Below, piece by piece: positions 17,221 to 25,584 of a stretch of DNA of 64,000 nt (its first letter is position 1; each line of letters starts with the position of its first letter). The stretch lies in the sequence record MW845759.1. One strand, given 5' to 3'. Position numbers and translations under genes: made by a program. The notes beneath the pieces were generated by a model. It worked only from the letters and a program-made list of their open reading frames with translations, was not told where the DNA came from and did not search any database.

Positions 17221-17532
17221 ATGCGTTATCAAGACGTGATAGTAGAGCGGTTGCGTCAAGGTCTTGCAGGCGTTGACCACAGCCTCGCTCAGGAATTTGT
17301 TGATTGTTGTAGTCCACCGGCGACCACCCTGTATGAATTCTCTGACCGTGTGAACCAGCACTTTGCTGGGTTATTAAAAGCACACGGCGTGAAGCCACAG
17401 GCAAAGGACTTCGAAGTGCCGGAGGACAATGACGCCATTCCGTACTGGGTGGAAGATTTGGAGAACCGTGTACACCCGGTATTAAAAGCTGCGCAGGGGA
17501 AGAAAGATGGCACTGAATCAACAGCTGCGTAG
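17221..17532 (+). CDS. Conserved hypothetical protein
   Basis: AAGGA RBS; overlaps the start of the RNAP beta-C gene. Confidence 0.7.
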   Translation: MRYQDVIVERLRQGLAGVDHSLAQEFVDCCSPPATTLYEFSDRVNQHFAGLLKAHGVKPQAKDFEVPEDNDAIPYWVEDLENRVHPVLKAAQGKKDGTESTAA

Positions 17533-18178
17533 AAAAGCCGAGGCGTATATCTATTCGGTACTGGATGCGGTTGACCCGTCCGGTATCAATACGAAAATCG
17601 CCAAGGAATGTATTCCGGCTATGTCTGACGACAAGTTCGTTGAAATGGCAGGCTTAGGCATTCCGATATATCAACCCGTCGGCGGTAAGACACAAATCTC
17701 GTATCAGAACAACATCAAAGTGGCTGAGAAGATGGGGATTCCCCTGTCTGAGAAACTGTGGCTGACCGAACCGAAAACCGGTATTACCACTCTGACCCGT
17801 CATCCTCATCTGGTACTGCTGCTGCCGATTCGTCGTCAAACGCAGATGCTGGAAAAGAAAATGTCGGTGTCCAAGCACGATAAAATTCGTGACAAACTCA
17901 CCGGACAGGTGACCGGGCCGTCAAAAGCCTCAGGAATCTCATTCCCGGAAGCCTACATTATCTATTCCGATAAACTCGATGAGTCGCTGCAGGAGTTTCT
18001 GCATGCACGTGGCGGTAACGAAGCTGTTAACCGTTCTTTCTATCAGGCGTTACGCATGACCGGCCGTGGGCGTATCCATATTCCGGGGGCTGAGCGCACT
18101 TCTGCAAAATCCACCCGTACATGGGCTGCGTATTATACCGCCATGCACATTGGTAGTAACATAGGGAAACCGCAATGA
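17507..18178 (+). CDS. rpoB: Virion RNA polymerase beta subunit, C-terminal piece (phiKZ gp149-like)
   Basis: LLLPIRRQTQMLEKKMS and RDKLTGQVTG..SGISFPE resemble the beta C-terminal hybrid-binding/clamp region; located near uvsX as in phiKZ-like phages. Confidence 0.75.
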   Translation: MALNQQLRRKAEAYIYSVLDAVDPSGINTKIAKECIPAMSDDKFVEMAGLGIPIYQPVGGKTQISYQNNIKVAEKMGIPLSEKLWLTEPKTGITTLTRHPHLVLLLPIRRQTQMLEKKMSVSKHDKIRDKLTGQVTGPSKASGISFPEAYIIYSDKLDESLQEFLHARGGNEAVNRSFYQALRMTGRGRIHIPGAERTSAKSTRTWAAYYTAMHIGSNIGKPQ

Positions 18179-18897
18179 TATTCACGCGTCGGAGTTTGGT
18201 AGACATTAGTTGTTTGGTAGACGACCGTCTGGGTCTGGTCGCCGTCCGTTATCCAGAGTTGCTGGAGAAGCTTGATGTGGATGCGTACCGTTTACGCATT
18301 ACGGAAGTGTGGGCCAAAATCATCGGTATCGATAATTTCGTGGAGGAGTACGCTACCCGAGATATCGAGGTACTGAAAGCATCCCTGCCGACGCAATTTA
18401 TCAAAGCATTCCGCGAACGTCTCGAAGAAGACCTGCTGGCCATTAAGCTGTCCGCCCCTATCGAGCGTCCCACCGTTACCATCAACCTTTATCCGTACAG
18501 TCATCTCAACGTGACTGAACGTAACGAATTCAAACAGGTGTTCACGGAACTGTTTCCAATGGTGCAAGTTAATGTAGTCTGCATTTCATTGGAAGACTTG
18601 ACGCCGGAATACTTGCGTTCTACATGGGATGGGTGGTTCACGTATGACTTTTATCCGTGGATGAAAGCCAATGCGAAACGTCTGGGTAATCGCATACCTC
18701 GCTTTGTGATTCATCGCCCCGGTATCCTGACTGACGAGTTGACGCCAGAAACGATTGAAGCCATTAAACGTGATAAGGCTGACCCGTTCACCGAGTCAAA
18801 AAAATTCCTTGCCGAGTACGTAGCTGTTGAAACGCTCAAAGCTGAGCTTTTCTGCCACGTACCCGGGTTGGACATTATGCCGAAACGTTCGATTTGA
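18175..18897 (+). CDS. Conserved hypothetical protein, possibly a degenerate HAD fold
   Basis: ATGA coupling; N-terminal SLVDISCLVDDRLG. Confidence 0.7.
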   Translation: MIFTRRSLVDISCLVDDRLGLVAVRYPELLEKLDVDAYRLRITEVWAKIIGIDNFVEEYATRDIEVLKASLPTQFIKAFRERLEEDLLAIKLSAPIERPTVTINLYPYSHLNVTERNEFKQVFTELFPMVQVNVVCISLEDLTPEYLRSTWDGWFTYDFYPWMKANAKRLGNRIPRFVIHRPGILTDELTPETIEAIKRDKADPFTESKKFLAEYVAVETLKAELFCHVPGLDIMPKRSI

Positions 18898-19342
18898 TTT
18901 TGCTGAATTCGTTTTCCATGATTTGCTCTACGTCGATAGATTCACCGACCGCGGATAATTCGCCGTCAATGTGATTCGCCGCCGGGATATCTGGAATCTC
19001 AGGATGGTAATCACCGGGAACGTCGGCAGGTTCGTCGTGGCGTTGTATCTTCGCGCCCAGACGCTCACCAAGAATTTGGTTAATGGCGTTGGCCAAATCG
19101 CCGACTTTATCTGCTGATTTCTCTTGTGCCGCGATGCGACGACGGTTTGTGATTTGCCCATCAATACCTGACAGCATTTTATTGAGACTGTTAATCTCGT
19201 CTTTGTCTAATGAACTGGCAGGCTTGGCCATAATCGCATCGGCAACGACGACACGTATACCCTGAGTATGGCGCTCAAGCGCAACATCGTCAGCAACGTC
19301 ACCTTCGAAGCTTTGATGCTTCAGCTTTATTTCCTCGCTCAT
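18875..19342 (-). CDS. Hypothetical protein
   Basis: GAGG RBS before ATG 19342 (MSEEIKL). Confidence 0.7.
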   Translation of the reverse strand: MSEEIKLKHQSFEGDVADDVALERHTQGIRVVVADAIMAKPASSLDKDEINSLNKMLSGIDGQITNRRRIAAQEKSADKVGDLANAINQILGERLGAKIQRHDEPADVPGDYHPEIPDIPAANHIDGELSAVGESIDVEQIMENEFSKIKSNVSA

Positions 19343-19371
19343 ACAGCACCTCTCTAAAAGGAAACGGATAT

Positions 19372-19893
19372 ATGTTATCAATGTGCATGGGGTGGTTTAG
19401 AAAGCGTCTCTATAAACGTCGTAGAGAGCAGCTGCTAGCCACGTTTCATAATAACAGTAACAATCTATACCTGCACGTGATTACTGGCTTAGAACTGCTT
19501 ACAGAGCCGTTAGAATATGGTTCTGAAAACTATGCTCCGTTGCCATTATTTGGCCGGATTGACAGTAGCGTTGCCGACTTCAATATTCTGCAATTGCGAC
19601 TGGAATGGCACCTTGAAAACTTTGAACGCGTGATACGAGGAGGAGATTACCACACTATCCCTGATGCGTTATCGCGTCAGAAAGATTTACCCCTGCCACG
19701 TTGGAAAGACCAGTTCTTTCAGACAACCTCTTCTGATATAGTCCGTCAGCAGCTGGCAGTTATTAGACAACTTCTGGTTACGTACGAAGCTGTGTACTTC
19801 AATCGGCATAGTCGATCAGAAGAAGACGTGCTGTGGCGACAAACCCAACCCGTCTTACGAGAGTTAGAGATTATAGTGGAACACTTTCTCTGA
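19372..19893 (+). CDS. Hypothetical protein
   Basis: AAGGA RBS; start may instead be 19387. Confidence 0.7.
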   Translation: MLSMCMGWFRKRLYKRRREQLLATFHNNSNNLYLHVITGLELLTEPLEYGSENYAPLPLFGRIDSSVADFNILQLRLEWHLENFERVIRGGDYHTIPDALSRQKDLPLPRWKDQFFQTTSSDIVRQQLAVIRQLLVTYEAVYFNRHSRSEEDVLWRQTQPVLRELEIIVEHFL

Positions 19894-19925
19894 CATCACC
19901 GCCAACCTTGGAGCAAGGATGGAAA

Positions 19926-20747
19926 ATGGACGACTTACAAAACTCGATAGAAGCCGGGCCACCGCAAGACCCGCCTACAGGCCGATATCTACAGAAGTGT
20001 TTCTGGGATCTCAACGATACGTTAGTCATTACCCCAGCTATCTGGAAACGTCTCGTAAAGGAGTATGTGGAAGATGAGCGGTTCGTCGGCAAGTCGACGG
20101 CGACACCCGAAGAACGCATGTCTCGTCTCACCACCGCATTGAGTCGCGGTAGCATTAAGCACCTGCAACCTGATTTAACATGGAAGCGGTTTATTGAAGG
20201 CTTAGTGTTTCTCAAGATTCAGTCATTACGTGTCACGGCAACCGCGAAACGCGGGAACTGGGGCGAGTCAAAGACGGTCTCTGCCATCACCCGTCCGGAA
20301 ACGGACCATCTGAGAGCAGTGAATAAAGAAGATGAAGAAGTCTCGACCGAATCGGTGGGACGGACGCTGAATCGGTTCTTTGACAACCCGGATAAAACCG
20401 CGACTCGGGTCATGGAACACATCTTACTGAAATTGTTCTGGCAGTTCATTGCTGCGTACAAGATTGATAGCCGTCGGTGGAAGGAGTTGTTAATCGCTTA
20501 TGTGAACAACCCGAAAAACTGCCCGCAAATTAAATCGCGCCGTAACGATGCACGTCATAACCTTCAACAATCCATTCGTCGAACCAAGAAGTTAACATGG
20601 CGCTTCTTCCTGAAAGCTCTGCAGGCTATTGATGTCCGCGAGTTGAAGATGGCGTTTCTCTTTACCACCGAAAGCGGGAAAGAGATCGAGTGTTACTTCA
20701 AAATTGATTTGACGAAGCATACGTTTAAGAGTGGTAAAGATGAGTAA
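19926..20747 (+). CDS. Conserved hypothetical protein made of two internal repeats
   Basis: Motifs L.K.FW......I....WK.L...YV and LTW..F...L each occur twice. Confidence 0.75.
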   Translation: MDDLQNSIEAGPPQDPPTGRYLQKCFWDLNDTLVITPAIWKRLVKEYVEDERFVGKSTATPEERMSRLTTALSRGSIKHLQPDLTWKRFIEGLVFLKIQSLRVTATAKRGNWGESKTVSAITRPETDHLRAVNKEDEEVSTESVGRTLNRFFDNPDKTATRVMEHILLKLFWQFIAAYKIDSRRWKELLIAYVNNPKNCPQIKSRRNDARHNLQQSIRRTKKLTWRFFLKALQAIDVRELKMAFLFTTESGKEIECYFKIDLTKHTFKSGKDE

Positions 20748-21942
20748 TACTGTTCAGCCTGACCCGCGGCTAGTACAGGCCATGACCGAACTGCAAGACT
20801 ATCAGGACAAGCTCGGCGAACGTATTAAAGCCGCGTCTGTTCGTGGTGCCGGCAGCGGTACTGGCCCAACTACCCGACCCACCATCTTTGAAACTGACCC
20901 GAAAGGTTTACTGCCCGACTTAGACCCGTTGCTGCGCAAGGTAGCAACACCGTTTGAGGGGATGGATAAACTCGGGGACAGCGTACTGAAGTATTTTGAC
21001 CCCACTGGAAAGTTGGGGAGCTTTGCGAAGAAGGCGGTTAACGCTTTACCGAGCGAGTTAAAAGAGGCCGGTACCAAACTGGCCCGTGGCGACGTCGTCG
21101 ACGCTGCAAAAGGTATTACGGGGCTTAACAACTTCCGCGATTTGAAAAGTCTGGTCACCACAAAAGACGGTTCCTTCGGTTTAGACTTCTCTTCAGTGAA
21201 AGGTCGCATCGAGAAATCGTTTGGACTGGGTGGCAATGGTTTAGGTGGACTCTCTCCGGACGTGCAGAACCTCATTGGCAAAGCCGCGAATGAAGTGATG
21301 GGCGAAGGGAGTATGGGGATGGTGTGGAATGAAGTCTTCACGGCGGTACAGGGAGCGGACTTTGCTTCTGTCTCCAGCGTGACGGACGTCATTAACCGCA
21401 TCACAAAACAGTCCGACCTCTGGGATGTGTTTGACCTTAGCGGTGCCGCGGCATTGATTTACGGCTTGTCTGATAAGCTTATCGAGTGGGATGCCCCCGA
21501 TATGCTCGACGACGTGCTGGATAAAATCAAAGATGTGAATGCGCAGAAAGCGATGCTCGATGAGCTGGCGATACGTGCGTCTGCATCCGGTTCATTGTCC
21601 TCGACAGAACATTACGTCGGTCGACTGGATGCAAACCGTAAAGCCGCGATTGCTGACTTGGTCATCACGAACATGATGCGTAGCGTCAGTTTCTGGGCCT
21701 CGGATTCTCGTGACACCTCGTATGCTGAATACGGGAGTCGTCTGAAGAAACTGTTCGATAGCCTCGATCCGAACTGGGATAAAGACCCCTACGACAACAC
21801 CGGGCACAGCTGCTATTACTTCACCCTGATGAACGATACGGCGTATCAGGCGTTCTTAACGACCGACAAACGTCCGTTCTGTGCCGTCTTCGGCATCGTT
21901 CGTAGAGAAGATGTGGACACCATCATCTCTAACAACTTTTAG
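20740..21942 (+). CDS. Probable virion structural protein
   Basis: 400-aa Gly-rich/helical ORF; structural role inferred from context. Confidence 0.55.
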   Translation: MSNTVQPDPRLVQAMTELQDYQDKLGERIKAASVRGAGSGTGPTTRPTIFETDPKGLLPDLDPLLRKVATPFEGMDKLGDSVLKYFDPTGKLGSFAKKAVNALPSELKEAGTKLARGDVVDAAKGITGLNNFRDLKSLVTTKDGSFGLDFSSVKGRIEKSFGLGGNGLGGLSPDVQNLIGKAANEVMGEGSMGMVWNEVFTAVQGADFASVSSVTDVINRITKQSDLWDVFDLSGAAALIYGLSDKLIEWDAPDMLDDVLDKIKDVNAQKAMLDELAIRASASGSLSSTEHYVGRLDANRKAAIADLVITNMMRSVSFWASDSRDTSYAEYGSRLKKLFDSLDPNWDKDPYDNTGHSCYYFTLMNDTAYQAFLTTDKRPFCAVFGIVRREDVDTIISNNF

Positions 21943-21953
21943 TGGGAACGAGT

Positions 21954-22970
21954 ATGACTACAATTGACCCGAAAGTAGTACCGTTAACCCGTCTTGCAGG
22001 ACTGTTGAGAGTGTTAACGCTGGGTACGCGCTACGACCAGACTTGCCAAGGAACAGGTAAAGAGAAAGTCATTGCGCGTATCAGGCACGATATGCTGTTA
22101 GAGCAGGTCTTCCCGTCAAAGTTCGAAGAGGGGATGTCTGAGCTAATGCTACTCGAGATTTATAAAACGGGGAAATACGACGCGAACTACGGCGTGGCGA
22201 TGGCGCAACGTAACGGCTTAAATATACCGAAAGCGAATGCCAATGACTACGATGTCACCAAATGCAGTGTGAAGTTACTGAGTCACTATCCCGGCCCTGT
22301 TCGTCACGATCGCGATACGGAATTTTTCATTCACATGCGCCGCATCGGTGCCGTACCCATTACGGGCGAGAAAGATGACAGCACTGACGGGGTTAACCAT
22401 GTCAATATCTATTCGGACGGTCGCACCACCGTAGGTCGTCTGGCAAGCAATTTCAGTGAAGGCCCCTTTGACACATTGGACGGTACGTTCTTTACACTTG
22501 AAGGCTACTACCACTGGCTGCGCATTCGTGACTGGACACTGACCACCAAATACGCTTTTAACATGGCGGCGATGGAGGACATGTATCCGGGTCTACGAAA
22601 ATTGCGGGTCGTGACAGGTACGGAAGCAATTCGCTTAGGGCGCACACTCAAGTCCAACATCTACGGCGGCACGAAATACCGCACGGGACCCTTCTCGAAA
22701 GAGTCGCTGGAGCGTTTTCGTTGGGCGTTGGCCGGGAAGTTACACGAGCTGCGTTACAATAATGTGACACTGGGTAACTATTTGTCGATGATGGTGTATT
22801 GTGGTTTCACGTTGACGCATTACTACGTGTACAACGGTAAAGCGAAATACCCGGACTTCCGCGAGTGGTTGCCTAACTTATTGTCTGGCTTGTTGGAACA
22901 TATCGACCCCAATGATTCGGACTTTGATTTGGCTGCGCTACAAGCGAAAATAACTGAGGGTTCCGTATGA
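21954..22970 (+). CDS. NADAR-family (T4 gp30.3-like) ADP-ribosylhydrolase with an N-terminal extension
   Basis: NHVNIYSDGRTTVGRLASNFSEGPF..LDGTFFTLEGYYHWL matches the phage NADAR consensus as recalled. Confidence 0.65.
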   Translation: MTTIDPKVVPLTRLAGLLRVLTLGTRYDQTCQGTGKEKVIARIRHDMLLEQVFPSKFEEGMSELMLLEIYKTGKYDANYGVAMAQRNGLNIPKANANDYDVTKCSVKLLSHYPGPVRHDRDTEFFIHMRRIGAVPITGEKDDSTDGVNHVNIYSDGRTTVGRLASNFSEGPFDTLDGTFFTLEGYYHWLRIRDWTLTTKYAFNMAAMEDMYPGLRKLRVVTGTEAIRLGRTLKSNIYGGTKYRTGPFSKESLERFRWALAGKLHELRYNNVTLGNYLSMMVYCGFTLTHYYVYNGKAKYPDFREWLPNLLSGLLEHIDPNDSDFDLAALQAKITEGSV

Positions 22971-23635
22971 GTGGTTTCAGTCTGAATAGCCTGCTACAAG
23001 GGCTGGAAAAAGACAAGGAGTGGGGTCATCAACAAGCTGCTCAAGAATCAATCTCCACGGAGAAAGAGAAAGAGTATTGCCTGTGGGTGAAGCCGACGTC
23101 GGCCGGGTGGCAGTGGTTGGGTGAGCAACAGAGCACACCGACACTGGATATCCTGATGCCTATTGAAGGCGCACGGCGGCGTTGCCGTATCCGTCCGGAC
23201 GGGGCACAGCTGACGTACAAGCAGCGGGTGAACAACGAGACCGTGGAAGAGAACAGCGATGTCGGTTTTGCGATGGCGTTGTCGTTCTATGCGGATGGGT
23301 TTAACTCGCACCTGTTCCGTCGGGTTCGTCTGGAGGCCAGTCCCGAGCTGATGGGTCAGGGCGCGAAGCATTGGGACATCGATATTTTCCATATCGTGCC
23401 TCAGCATCCTAACCTGCCGGATATTCAGGCGCTGAACGAGCTGTCTGACACCTTACGTCAAACTACCGCGTACGGTGATTTGGTCAAAGTGGAGCTGGAG
23501 GTAGAGAAGTTCTTTACTGACAGTATCCGTGACCTGATTCCGTTTGAAGTGGAAGCGGTGTATTCCTCTCGTCCGAAAGACGAAGAGACGCAAGTGATGC
23601 TTGCGGATTACTGGGATAACGTCACCAGCATTTAA
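22967..23635 (+). CDS. CYTH (triphosphate tunnel) family enzyme, probable head protein
   Basis: EKEKEY, RCRIR, LTYK, VEEN, WDIDIF, VELEVE; N-terminal GLE/AQE/STE sites. Confidence 0.7.
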   Translation: MSGFSLNSLLQGLEKDKEWGHQQAAQESISTEKEKEYCLWVKPTSAGWQWLGEQQSTPTLDILMPIEGARRRCRIRPDGAQLTYKQRVNNETVEENSDVGFAMALSFYADGFNSHLFRRVRLEASPELMGQGAKHWDIDIFHIVPQHPNLPDIQALNELSDTLRQTTAYGDLVKVELEVEKFFTDSIRDLIPFEVEAVYSSRPKDEETQVMLADYWDNVTSI

Positions 23636-23641
23636 TGAGCA

Positions 23642-23674
23642 CCCAACCCTTCGGGGTTGGGGCTTTCTATTTTT
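23642..23674 (+). terminator. Intrinsic terminator, UUCG loop
   Basis: cccaaccc-ttcg-gggttggg followed by a T-rich tail. Confidence 0.75.
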
Positions 23675-23689
23675 ACCTGTGGAGCTTTC

Positions 23690-24058
23690 ATGAAGAAAAT
23701 AAGCTGTAACAATCGGGCTGTGTTGGTTGACGGTAAACCACGCTACGCCCCAAACGTATTAGGACATCTGCATTTCTTTGAAGGGATTACTGAGGCGGTG
23801 ATTATCGCCCCCGAAAACCCAGGCAATCTACTCAGTCCCCCGATGACCGATGCCAGCATCCAGCATGTCAGCTTTATCCGCATTACCGAAGGGGCACGAC
23901 TGGCCCTGCTGAACGATGTGGAAGAACTGCCAACGAACTGGCGCGAATTGACCGTGCTGATTCTCCACCGCCGTAAATACGACGGGGTCGTTATCGATGA
24001 GCTGTTCCGCGTTGAGTCCCGTGACCCTGTTGCGGATGAGGACGACGTGGAAGAGTAA
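23690..24058 (+). CDS. Hypothetical protein
   Basis: GGAG RBS before ATG 23690; acidic end. Confidence 0.7.
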   Translation: MKKISCNNRAVLVDGKPRYAPNVLGHLHFFEGITEAVIIAPENPGNLLSPPMTDASIQHVSFIRITEGARLALLNDVEELPTNWRELTVLILHRRKYDGVVIDELFRVESRDPVADEDDVEE

Positions 24059-24112
24059 TTTTTTAACGTTACACCCGTTAGTTATGTAAACCTTCCTGAG
24101 GCCCCAATTTAA

Positions 24113-24259
24113 ATGCGCAAAAAGTTCTGGCGTTCGGTTCTAACCTTATTAGTTCTCCTGTCGATTATCGGCTACGGTTGTACCCTTGTACAGTCACTAA
24201 TTTGGTCAGGTGTCGTACGAACGTCTAACGCCAATTACTTCCGAGGATACGATGAATAA
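24113..24259 (+). CDS. 48-aa single-TM protein MRKKFWRSVLTLLVLLSIIGYGCTLVQSLIWSGVVRTSNANYFRGYDE (not in ORF track)
   Basis: GAGG upstream; basic N-terminus plus TM; overlaps the next start. Confidence 0.6.
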   Translation: MRKKFWRSVLTLLVLLSIIGYGCTLVQSLIWSGVVRTSNANYFRGYDE

Positions 24260-24710
24260 ATTCGATTTTACTGAAGACCACCGAATGGTACTGAACGGAA
24301 TGACCTCCGAGCCGGTAGCGGAAGAAATCGTTGGCATCTGTGAGCGCCTTCGTGAATTTGCGAAAGACCGCGAATTCAAAATTCTCCTGACCACCAACCC
24401 GTTGGCCCCGTTGCCGAAAGAAGTGGACGATCAGATTCTGATGCCGATGTACGAGCCGATACCGCTGTATGCTGCTGACTTTATCCTGGCCATAGGCAAT
24501 CTGACCAACGACATCGACGGTCACTACGGGTTAGCCTGTGTAAAGGCGCGCGTACCGTCGACTGAAAAGTGGGAAGTGCGTGAAGACGGCCGTGAGCTGT
24601 TGACTGGCCGTGACCTCGTGCTGTCGTACATTCCGGGGGAGAACGAAGACCCGCGCACTTTCGTTACTTACTGGGGAGCCGGAGACAATGCCGAACAAAC
24701 TGAAGATTGA
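24252..24710 (+). CDS. Tandem paralog 1 (possible DUF1874/AcrIII-1-like fold)
   Basis: GAGGA RBS before ATG 24252; colinear motif pattern with the next two ORFs; the fold call is inference. Confidence 0.7.
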   Translation: MNKFDFTEDHRMVLNGMTSEPVAEEIVGICERLREFAKDREFKILLTTNPLAPLPKEVDDQILMPMYEPIPLYAADFILAIGNLTNDIDGHYGLACVKARVPSTEKWEVREDGRELLTGRDLVLSYIPGENEDPRTFVTYWGAGDNAEQTED

Positions 24711-25086
24711 AAACGACCAGATTGTTATCAATGACAAACCCATTGGTAACCTCGGACTGGCTCGTTGGGTACTGGACGAGTTAGGTAGCAAGTTCGAACA
24801 CGATTTCTATTTGACAGTTATCGGTACTCCACCGACGAACGAACACTGGAAAAACCGTCTGCCGGTGATGCGTCAAATCAGCGAAGAGCAATTCGTGACG
24901 CTGTACAAAGCCGCGACTATCCGCGGGTGGATCACCGACCCGGAAGTGGCTGCGCACCTTGCTATGGTCGCGCAAAAGGCTGTCCCGTTTGCACAGGGGC
25001 CTGTCCCGGCCGGTGCAGACGATATGTTGTTGTGGGCTAACCACGACATTGAAAACAAAACCACAACCTATTTTATCGTTTATTAA
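24688..25086 (+). CDS. Tandem paralog 2 (possible DUF1874/AcrIII-1-like fold)
   Basis: GGAG RBS before ATG 24688; QISEEQF..LY, WITDPEVAAHLA, DDMLLW. Confidence 0.7.
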   Translation: MPNKLKIENDQIVINDKPIGNLGLARWVLDELGSKFEHDFYLTVIGTPPTNEHWKNRLPVMRQISEEQFVTLYKAATIRGWITDPEVAAHLAMVAQKAVPFAQGPVPAGADDMLLWANHDIENKTTTYFIVY

Positions 25087-25095
25087 GGAAGCGTC

Positions 25096-25527
25096 ATGGA
25101 GCAGTCAATGCTAAACACCCTCGAGTACAGCGACGAAGACCTGTACGTTAATAACCTGACCATCGTGCTGGACAAACTCGATCCTGAGTACCTCACTGGT
25201 CTGATAAAGCGCTTCCCTGAACCGGTGGCGATTGTGCAGTTGTCGCGTCTGGCCCAACTCCCTGTTGAAGGTGTGGTTGGTCAGCTTGAAGTGAAACCGA
25301 TCGCCTCCTACGAAGCGTCCGGGATTGTGAACTCGTCCAGTGCTTATTCTCTGGTTGATGACCCATCAATCAAGAAAGTCGTCTGCAAAGAGCTCATCGG
25401 TTCCCCGCATGATATGGTGATGGCCGCACCACAGCCTCCTGCAGACTTTGATTACAAGAACGCGTTGTACATTGTCTTTACGGCGACAGACGCCGGAATC
25501 GAATACGCGTTAGCGTATTTTAAATAA
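25096..25527 (+). CDS. Tandem paralog 3 (possible DUF1874/AcrIII-1-like fold)
   Basis: AAGGA RBS; LEVKPIASYEA, SLVDDPSIKKVV, NALYIV. Confidence 0.7.
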   Translation: MEQSMLNTLEYSDEDLYVNNLTIVLDKLDPEYLTGLIKRFPEPVAIVQLSRLAQLPVEGVVGQLEVKPIASYEASGIVNSSSAYSLVDDPSIKKVVCKELIGSPHDMVMAAPQPPADFDYKNALYIVFTATDAGIEYALAYFK

Positions 25528-25533
25528 CACAGT

Positions 25534-25560
25534 GGTGTCTCTTCGGGGACACCGTTTTTA
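25534..25560 (+). terminator. Intrinsic terminator, UUCG loop
   Basis: ggtgtctc-ttcg-gggacacc followed by gttttt. Confidence 0.75.
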
Positions 25561-25584
25561 ATTATTTTTCGTGAGGTACTCATC

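Noticed and set aside
19366-19385. Ninth copy of the early promoter motif (ggATATATGTTATCaatGTG)
   Set aside because: It overlaps a plausible RBS and ATG (19372), so it may be coincidental; not listed as a feature.
24113-24259. Possible lipoprotein signal (IIGYGC)
   Set aside because: Positions -3 and -2 do not fit the lipobox consensus; retained only as a TM peptide.
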